Source: Chromera velia
Taxonomy: Eukaryota
NCBI GenBank assembly: GCA_018398765.1
Contig: JAHBMJ010000018.1
Coordinates: 1 to 59,142 of the forward strand
Reading direction: 5' to 3'
DNA length: 59,142 nucleotides
Each line of letters starts with the position of its first letter. Positions within the stretch are counted from its first letter, which is position 1. Shown piece after piece: positions 50,096 to 59,142 of the stretch. The notes under the pieces are model-generated. The model was given only the letters and a program-made list of their open reading frames with translations, ran no database searches and was not told the origin of the DNA. Both the position numbers and the translations under genes were made by a program.

Positions 50096-53000
50096 GAGGC
50101 GAATACGTGAAAGAAAGAAAACATATAATAACTGACAGATGCGTATCCCTGGGACCGGAGTTGGCTTCCGAAGCGGAGCATTGAGAATAGAGGCATTCCC
50201 AGAGGAATGGGTTCCGTGGTCTTCGTGCCGTTCGGGGCGATCTCAAATCCCCCCTCCGACCTCCAGTCCTTTTGGAGACCTCCAGAACTGCATTCATTCA
50301 TTCACTCACTCACTCAATCAATCAATCAATCAATCACAGGAAACTCCCACCCACCCACCCACACACACACAACACACACAAAAACCATGAATTACTTGAC
50401 CTTGTGACAGGCGGATAGTTGCAAGGTAGAACAGAGGAGAATTGAGCAGAAGACGTAAGATGTGACAAACATGAACGGTGGTGCTCCTTGACTCCATTTT
50501 CTCATTCCACATATGGCGAAGAGAGTCCCTCCTTCTGACTTCCCTCCTCTCTCTTAGGGCGACGGTCTGCCCGACAGGCTGACCTTGTTCCAGCGTACAC
50601 TCTCACGTCCATGTTTTGGAGTGTGAGGGGCACAGGGAAGTTGTTCTTCATCGTCAACTCCACAGAAACGGAAGGGGGACTCATCTGCAACGGAGAGAGA
50701 GACGTAAACAAACAGGCAGACTCCATGACTGCTTTTTCAAACATATCGGCAGAACAACAAAACCCAGCGATGTGAACACTTCTTCAGAAAATCAACAAAC
50801 CAGAAATAGCGAGCGGACGCGTCCAAAACCAAGAGAACACAATCCACAGTGCAGGGAAAGACTTCTTTTCTCTTCGAGCACCAACGCTTTTCTCTCTGCT
50901 GCTTTTTTCGTTTCGTTACAAGTAAGCTCGTAAACGTGCCACCCCACACAGAGGAAAGGGGAAGGGGGCCTCCAATCACTCAGTCTGATCGGCTTTCCAT
51001 CACACGGTCCTTTCCCATCGCACGGCGAATCGAGAGGTCACCTCATGCACAAAAAAAACGACAAGGCGCAACACACAAGAAAATTAACCCGCCCGCGAAA
51101 CGAGGAGGACAGAAAAAGCAAATCAACACAATTAAGGCACTCACTCACTCACCTCCAGCTTCACCTGGCTGTCCTCTATCATCGTCCCATTCGATCCCGG
51201 AAGGAGAACGTGGGACTTGAATTCGCTCAGGGAAGCACCGAAAGCCCCCCCCGAGGAGAGGGGCTGGGCCTGGAGGAGCAGAACGCTCCAGAGTTTGCTT
51301 GCGAAACGGGAGACCAACTGCTGCGACCCTGTGCGTCGAGACGCGGGAGGTGACTTGAAGGGAGGGAGCAGGCTGAGTTCAACCTCACTGACGCTCTTCT
51401 GGCCCTTGATCAAGTTCATTCCCTTCAGAGATACAGATCCCACCCGAACCGCATAGTTCAGAGACTGCACATCCCACTGAGGGTTGAGGGAGGGGATTTT
51501 GTTGAGACTGTCCAACAAGGCCTGGCTGGTGGGTTCGGGCTCTGCAGGAATGGTCACCCCTGTCAGATTGAAGGCAGACTCAACAACCAAGTGAGAAACC
51601 GTTGTGGCGTTGTTGGTGTCATTCTGGAAGAGGAGCTCGCTAGCCTGCTTCTGGATATTCTCAGCAGTCACAGGGGCTCCGGTCTCGGGGTCTGCAGGGT
51701 CATACGGTGTGTACAGATCGAAGTCGACGTCTCCCAGGTACACCGAGACATCACCCCTGTAGTCCACCTCCAGATCGGCCGTCATCGTCAAGGCTTCGGG
51801 GGTGCCCCTTGAGATGGTCAGGTTGTGGACTTTCATGAGGTCTGGGTGAAAGATCCCACCCATTGCTGCAAACATCCATCCATTGAGGATTGATTTCTGT
51901 CTGTATGAAAGGAGTGAATTGATGAGACAACGCGCGCACGGTCACTGAGAACAGTATCAAATCAGGAAAGACAAAGGATCGGACATCATGGGAAAAGGTA
52001 GCACAAAAAAAGTGGATGCCCTGCTTCAGATTTTTTCTTTTCCCTTTCCTCTCGCCGGGTTGTTTCTTTTTCTCTTTCTTTCCTCCTGGCTGCCTACCTA
52101 GCACTCTTGTCTATCTGTTCTCTCTTTCTTTCTGTTTCCCTCCCTCCCTCCCAACCGACCGACCTCCGATGACGTGCTCGGTATGAATGGGAACTCCGTG
52201 AACCGTCACGGGTCCGAACGGCGTTGCAATCGTGAGGGCAGCGGATCCCGACATCTCCACTGTCGCCCCTGTTCCTTGCGTCATGGCGCGCATGAAATTT
52301 CGGACGTGTCCCTCATCACCTGCTGGGGTCGTCAGGGTTGCTTTGGTGAACTCACCAGTGAAGGAATCCCTCAGACCGAGAGAAGTCCGGGGAATCCTGA
52401 CGTTCAACATCACCGACCCGAGGAGACCTGCACCCTTCTCTTTCATCTGCAAATCCGCAGTGACGGACTGAACAGAATGCTTCAGAGACACACCTTTCGG
52501 AAGCGCATACTGGACAGAGACGTCACCTGAGATGCTTGCAGGCTCTGCATTCCCCCCGTTCAGATAGAAGGCAAGGTTGCTGGTCTTGGTCTTCAGAGAC
52601 GACGCACTCTCCCCCCGTCCTCTCATTCCATCCATTCCCTTCAGTTGGCTCTCTGTATTCAGAGCAACTCGCTGAAGTTCCAGAGGCCCCAAAGGTGTAC
52701 GACCGTCTACCGTCATCCACCCGTTTGTCATCTTCAGCGTGACTTCCTTCTCTTGCACAAACCTCTGCATGAAATTCAAAAAGGGCGCTCCACCGTCAGA
52801 GACTTGAATGGTGGCTTGCAGATCCATCTCAAGCCCATCACCCTCCCCACCGTTCGTCTGGGCGAGAGCCCGTCTGCTCCCTTCACCTGCAGCCGTGAGG
52901 TCGCCTTGGATCTTTCCGAGCAGCTGGCCGTCAGCTTCGAGGTCGCCGTTGATTTGGACCTGCAGGAGCAGCAACAGAAATAAAAAGGAAACGCGGGAGG

Positions 53001-55164
53001 GAGGGAGGGAGGGAGGCGACAGTCATGTTACATGAAAGGCCTACTCGCAGCTTTATCTTCTCCTCTTAACAGCCAGACAACGGGTTTTTGACTCTCCTTG
53101 CCGGTCATTTACACGGCGCTTCGTACGATGATTGCTTGACAGAAAGGGACCGACACACAGACAAACAGACACAGACAAACAGAGAGACACCGACGCACCT
53201 TGTCCAACCAAACAGACCGGGGACCCAGAGGAGAGTCCACGACAACCTCCACGCGGCCTGTGAGGGGAACAGTCTGTTGGCCCTCCTCACTGCCCCCAAG
53301 CACAACATCGACAAACCGAAAGCTCCGAACCATACCGGACAACCCCCCTCCCGTCCCGCTGCCCCCACCAGGCCGGAGGAAGCCGCTTCTCTCAGGGTGC
53401 CACTCGGCGGTCATGTTCAGCTGCTGCACGGCACCTGCAGGCAGTTCACGCAAACAAACTAAAGGTTATCTTTCAGCACTCTCAGCGAGCAGGACAAGCA
53501 GACGGACAGACATTCACGCAGGCAGGAGAAAAAGACCTGCACATTAATACCCAGAGGACCCGACAGAAACTTTCGACGAACAACACAATACCATACACGA
53601 AAAAACACTGGCATGACTGACGATTGAAAAGTGGTTGTGTGGTGTTCAAGCCCCTTGCGTTGACCTCCAGCAAGCCTCCCCCGAATATGTGCTCCACCAT
53701 TCTTCCCAGCACAGCGGCATTCTCTGATTCTTGCTGCTGGGCCGACAAGCTTCCCTCCAGTCGCATCTCATTCTCCCCGGGCATCAGAGACCCCCGCGTC
53801 TTCAGAACGCCAAAAGAAATACCCTCACTCTCGCCGGGAATGCGGGCAGTGACCCCCAGGGAAACTTCACCCAAGTCCTCAACGCCCACGTGACCTGGCA
53901 CAGTAAAGCTGACTGTGGACAAAATTTTGCTGTCGCCCCCAGGAGAAGACGGGGCAATCATCTCAAATTTCTTCACGTGGACGTCCTGCAGCCCTTTCAG
54001 ACCTGCACATGGAATGAAACGACAGAGAAACAAATCAACCTGGGGACGCACAGCGCTGGTTGTAAAAAAAACGGATAGCAAGCAAGCTGACGTGAACCCA
54101 CTCAGAGAGAGAGAGGGGGGAGGGGGGAGGGGGGAAAGGGGGAGAGGGAAAGAGAGAGGGAGAGAGGGGGGGAGGGAGGGAGGAAGGGAGAGGGAGAGAG
54201 AGAAACAAACAAACAAGCAAGCAAAATAAACAAACAGATGAGTAAAGAAATAGATGGGCCAAGAAGCAAGCAGACAGACAAACAACAAGAGCACCAGAAA
54301 GAGAGAGAGAGAGAGAGCGAGAGACCTACCCGAATTGAACTGCACAGTCTTCTCTATCGGGATGTTATGGAACTCCATTCCAGCCACCTGCACTGAGGTG
54401 GTCCCCCTCAAATCCCAGAAGGGTTTGTCCTCCGCCCCCCCAGTCTCCTCCCGTCTCTTCATCATGGACGCTGCGAAGTTTGCGAATGCGTCTGTGTCGG
54501 TGACTTCAAACTTCTCGACAAAGAAGAGAGGTGTCTTCTTTCCCTCCACCTGGACCCTCGGCATTGTGAACGTCCCCAGCTCCTTCTCCTCAACCTTCTG
54601 CTCATCGAGGCGTCGACTCCCCTGCTGCTTCTGAGAGGTAACGGGGACTGCGGAGAAGACAGAGAAGTCAGTGGCAGACACGACTGCCTTCTCACCAGAG
54701 GGGTTGAGCAGGTGTCCCTTGATCTCGAGATCAAAACTTGAAGCCGTGACATCCTTAATGGTGATGCTGTCTTGCTCAATGTGGGTTTCTCTTGTTCTGT
54801 TCTTAACTACGAGGGGAAGAATGACTAGAAAGATGACAAGAAGGACAGCCAGAAGAAAGAGGATCAATGCGATGAGTACTGTCCAAAATTTCCATGATCT
54901 CTTCATAAAACAAGAAGAGAGACGAGAGAAGAATCCAGCAGCCCGAGCTCCTTTCCGCTCAGGCTGCTTCATCATTCCAGGTTCTTCTGGCCTCTCTTCA
55001 TCAGCCTGTGGTCTGGGCTGATCCTTCTCTGGCGCCTGCTCATGTCTTTGCTCAGCTTCAAAAGACTCGGCAGTTGAGAGGGCGGGAGGCGTCTCCTTCT
55101 CTCGCTCCTCCCCATGTTCCCTCGTAGTGCCGGGCGCGGTCTCAGCACCCGCCGTTTCACTCAT
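49711..55164 (-). CDS. Type II membrane protein with repeated LEA_2/DUF3712 (Tag1-like) beta domains; ~8 exons, last exon crosses an N gap
   Basis: Acidic disordered N-terminus from MSETAG (ATG 55164), a single TM (FWTVLIALILFLLAVLLVIFLVILPLVV), then repeated units such as SFDLEIKGHLLNPSG...LGTFTMP...FANFAASMM...LRGTTSV...IPIEKTV, LKGLQDVHV, LKGMDGM and SVELTMKNNFPVPLTL. Ends in Gly-rich GGLLGGLLGGLGL*. Confidence 0.72.
49781..49795. other. Assembly gap (15 N) within a C-rich tract
   Basis: Run of N. Confidence 0.99.
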
Positions 55165-56090
55165 ATTCACACACACAAGGAATTCAAACGAAACAGGCAC
55201 GCCTGCTTGGCCAGAAGCAAGTGGCTCCTCCCTAGCGTTTCCTTCCTCCCAATTACTTGGGACAGGGGAATGATTTTTGTGGCAGATCGAGCGGACTTTC
55301 AACAAACAGCGAGTTGGACGATAAACAGCTGAAACAAAAAAGAGATTCAAAAACCAGCAAATCAAACAGCTGCTGGACAAGGAAGGTACAGGTTCACTGG
55401 GCTTTGAGAGAGTGGAACAAAGTGTGAAGGGAGTTACGCTGTAAGTGTCTTCACGTATCAAAAAGTACGAGAGAGACAAGTCAGCATGCGATTCTTTTCT
55501 TCCTGAAAGATTGAAATAAGATTGAAGTGCATGGGCGATTCGTCATACTTCTTCCGGTATTGGTCCCAGAAGGCAGAACTGCGGAATCCGACATCCTTCG
55601 CGGCCCCGGAAAGACTTTGGGGGGCACTTATTAATAACTGCCTAGAGAAGCTAGGGAGCTTTTGCTCTTTCCGGGCCTACATGCATGCGGCCTGCACATG
55701 ATCACCTCCCGTCTCGCACTCAAGAATCAATTAAGCCTTCCAGATCCGACGTCCCACATATATTTGAAATGCTCTTCAGCATTCATCGTCGAAAGCGAAC
55801 AAAAGCACTGGTCTGTCCGACATTGACTTATGCGTTTGACTCGCCGCTCATGCATAATCCCAACCAGGGAGGTTGCATGTTGATGGCAGAGTGAGGGTCC
55901 ATGAGCCGTCTCCTCAAAGGACGTCTCTGAGATCGAAATGACAAATCAAGACGAAAGAAGAGCGGTTTTTTGTCCTGTATCTTCGCAAAGTTTTCATTGA
56001 CTTCGACTTTGAAGCCTCTTTTTTTGTGTGTCCTCGACTGGGGCTTTTTGGATTCACAGACCCTTAATCAGTCCTGTTCAATCCGTCACG

Positions 56091-58354
56091 ATGGGCAGCC
56101 TGGTGTTCGCCGTTTTTGTATCTCTTCTTCTCCCACCCACGTCCTCTCTCTTCTCCTCAGCCTCCAGCGCCCAGCCTCAACTTTCAGAGGGATGCATCTC
56201 TGCTCTTCCTTCCACCTCATTTCCTGCCGAGTTCGTGCTGGAATGCCAAGACGGAAGAGTCATCACGGCCGTCTCCTTCGCCTCCTACGGAAAACCGAGT
56301 GGGGACTGCACAGACCCTCAAAGCGAATTTGTTTCCGTCCAATCTGGGCCCTCCCAAAGTATGCAGATGGCAGCTGACAGGAATGCGGGGTGGCTTGTCG
56401 ACTCCTGGTGCTATGGGAGACGAAAATGTGAAATTTCGGAAAAGACCATACGCGAATACGTGTCCAAAAACGTCTCCAATGTGGCCGACCTCATTTTCGG
56501 TGACCCCGCACCCCTGACGTCCAAATGGCTGACCGTCAAGGTCAACTGTGGCCGTCTCCCGGATCCGTCTCCCCCTGTGCCAGAGTCCCAACGCTTATGG
56601 TCTGCAGATCCTCGTCTTAACCCTTTGAATTTCAATTCTACTCTTGATTCTATCGCAGCGCTGTATGATGTTCTGGAAAATTGCACAGCCCCGGAAAGCA
56701 TTTTATCTCGATTTGAAGCACTTCAACTTGATGTCTGGCCCACAGCACACAAAGCCCACGAGGCGAGCGAAACAGGTATGTTGAGGTGGGTTTCCCTGTG
56801 GGCTCTTCAAACGTTGGGTGGGGCAGATGTGTTCGGTCTCTCCTCTGCCTGGTTTGGCCTCATCGCACCACTTCGCGCTCCATTCAACGACACTCATCTG
56901 ATGACTTTCCGGGGCACCATGAGTGTGAGGGATGTGGTCTACGATGCGGATATAACCTTTGAACCGCTGTCCCGTCTCCTTCCGAATGTGGAAGCTGTGG
57001 GAGATGCCGCGGTGCACAGGGGGCTTCTCGAGCTGTACATGTGCCAGAGAAGCACGGTGTTAGCGTCTTTTCGAGATCTCTCCCGGGGACGGGGGGACGG
57101 AAAAGGGGGGAAACAGGGACAGGGACAGCAGCGACTGATCATCACCGGGCATTCAGCTGGGTGTGGACTTGCTTTATTTTCTCTTCTTGACCTGTTATGG
57201 GGTTCTGCTTTTGAAGGGATGGGGGGAGGGGATGAGGGGGATTGGTTGTCACTTCACTCTCTGTACGTGTATGGGTGTCCGCGTCTTGGGAATGTTGCGT
57301 TTGTCAACTTTTTTCGGTCTTCGCTCGAGACGCGTCTCCACGTGAGGCACGGCAAAGTAGAGGGACAGAAAGGGAAGGAGAGGGGGGGCGGTTCTTCTTC
57401 TTCTTCTCTGTCTGCTGCCGTTGATGCACCGTTGTCAAGAGGGGGAAGGGGTGGACGGGCACGAGAGAAGAAGGGAATGGAATACATGAGAAGGAAAGAG
57501 GGAGAAGCGCCCCCTCCGAGTGTTTCAATCAAGCAGGGGAAGAAGAAAAAAGCGGCAACAGTCCTCTCCGCAGAGCCTTCTGTAGATTCTCTTGAGTCGG
57601 GGGATCTTCCATCAGCGGGTGCGGGGAGGGAGGGGGAGACGAGCGACAGCGTTTCTTTCTCTGGTAGCTCTTCCAGAAGGTCCGTTCTCTTCCGCTTCTG
57701 CCTGTACTCACTCACTCGCTGTCCTTCCTCACTCCAGCCGAAGGAGCAAAGCGTCCAGCGACTTGTGTGCAAAGTATGCCACCTTTTCCCGTCCCTATCC
57801 TCTATTGTCTCTTTCTGTGCGCGACTTTAAGTCCCTCTTCCTTCCTCTCCACGCCCGCTTCCCTTTCTGTAGAGGTCCGCTCGTTTCCTTTTTTTGTCTA
57901 GCTAAGACCGCACCATGTCATTCTTCCCCTCCTTCACCAAAGCGCTCATTCATTCATGGGGCCTCCAAGATCTCATCCCCCCTCCTTTTTCGGTCTCCCT
58001 GTGGAGAACAGGGGAGCACACTCTCGCGGCTTTCATGCGCGTTGTTGCTGGTTTTTCCCTTTGCTTCTTCCCTGCAGTTGCCGGTTCCCTGTTTACATCG
58101 TGACGAACCACGCTGATGCCATCACGGCATCACCGATCCTCCAGCCACGGGCCGACAAGTACGCAGCGACCTGTCTGGGCTCAGAGAGTGACCCCTGGGA
58201 CAACCCTCTGGCGGGGGAGTTCGTGGCGGGGGACGCAGAGGTCCGCGCGATGACCTCACAGGAGTTTGCCGTTTGGGCCCACCACCCGCAGACTTACAAG
58301 CGGATGGGGGCAGAGAGGTTTTTCCCGTCACAAGCAGCGGTTGACGACGTTTGA
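56091..58354 (+). CDS. Secreted SUEL/Gal-binding lectin plus class-3 lipase fusion (~621 aa); 2 exons (56091-57679, 58078-58354)
   Basis: Signal peptide; SUEL pattern LECQDGRVITAVSFASYGKPSGDC...CYGRRKCEI...FGDPAP..SKWLTVKVNC; Lipase_3 motifs FRGT, VHRG, ITGHSAG, YGCPRLGN, then VTNHADAIT and HHPQTY after an in-frame GTCCGT...TGCAG intron. Confidence 0.82.
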
Positions 58355-58695
58355 GCCAAAAAATGTGCTGCGATCTCCGCTGCTTCCTAGTCGGCTGCCA
58401 TTCAACTGACTGCTGCGACTGTTGTTGGATGTTGTTGGGATGAACAAGTGGCAAGTGCCAGGACCACGGTCCGACCACGAGTCCACGACGTCCGACCATT
58501 TTGCTACAGTTTATATGTACTGACACAATAATACTCTTTGAATTTTAAGTGATGATATACATATTTTGAATGATCAATCTGCATGTTTCTATATCTGTTT
58601 ACATAGTTTCCTAGTATTTAATTTAGTTAGTGTAGCTAGCTTAGAGTGAAATAAGTAGTGTAAATTACTGTGTAATAACTTTAATAATAAAAGAA

Positions 58696-58730
58696 ATGTA
58701 GGCCTAGATGTAGGCCCAGATGTAGGCTAG
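58696..58730. repeat. 12-bp tandem repeat ATGTAGGCCYAG x3
   Basis: ATGTAGGCCTAG ATGTAGGCCCAG ATGTAGGCTAG. Confidence 0.8.
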
Positions 58731-59052
58731 ATATTATCCTAGAACATCTTTAATTTATTCCAGAATAAATTTTTTATAAAGTTTTTTCAATCTGCCTTTA
58801 AATTTGTATAGACATAGCGGGAAGGCCCTAGGGCGGAACATATCAATCAATTAATCAATCAATCAATACCGTCTACTAGACTGTCTAGCTTACTGCTTAG
58901 CATACCGTGGACTCGGTGTGGAGTAGACTGTACTAGAACTCTACTAGAAACCTAGCTAGAAACTGTAGTCTGTAGATCTTCTCAGGCCCTTCTCTAGGCT
59001 GAAAGCCTTGTTACTAGCCTCATTGCTAGTAGTGTAACTACTGTTAGTCAAT

Positions 59053-59055
<3 letters not shown>

Positions 59056-59085
<30 letters not shown>

Positions 59086-59142
59086 NNNNNNNNNNNNNNN
59101 NNNNNNNNNNGTGTGTGTGTGTGGGGGGGGGGGGGGGGGGGG
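59056..59142. repeat. (CT)n, N gap (59086-59110), (GT)n and poly-G at the window end
   Basis: Directly visible simple repeats flanking an assembly gap. Confidence 0.95.

Overview
Eukaryotic, intron-rich nuclear DNA, most likely from a chromerid or other apicomplexan-related alveolate. This is inferred from GC-rich exons, microsatellite-rich GT-AG introns of mostly 200-550 bp, TGCATGCA-rich promoters and a CEN2/ICL1e-type centrin. Seven genes could be reconstructed by hand: an EF-hand plus ~4-TM membrane protein (-), a complete ~53-exon inner-arm dynein heavy chain of the DNAH1 type spanning 26 kb (-), a secreted precursor with an acidic pro-region, RRL motifs and a cationic Gly/Arg-rich tail (+), a centrin (-), an MSP-domain multi-pass membrane protein (+), a Tag1/DUF3712-like type II membrane protein (-) and a secreted SUEL-lectin plus class-3 lipase fusion (+). 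Six of these form three head-to-head pairs. The AT-rich gaps hold DNA transposons: a CCCTA...TAGGG CMC/EnSpm-like element with 256-bp TIRs nested inside a second TIR element, a hAT element with a perfect 8-bp TSD, and a small foldback MITE. The repeats show a C-to-T bias, often CpA to TpA, that resembles fungal RIP. All family assignments come from motif recognition by eye, with no database searches.
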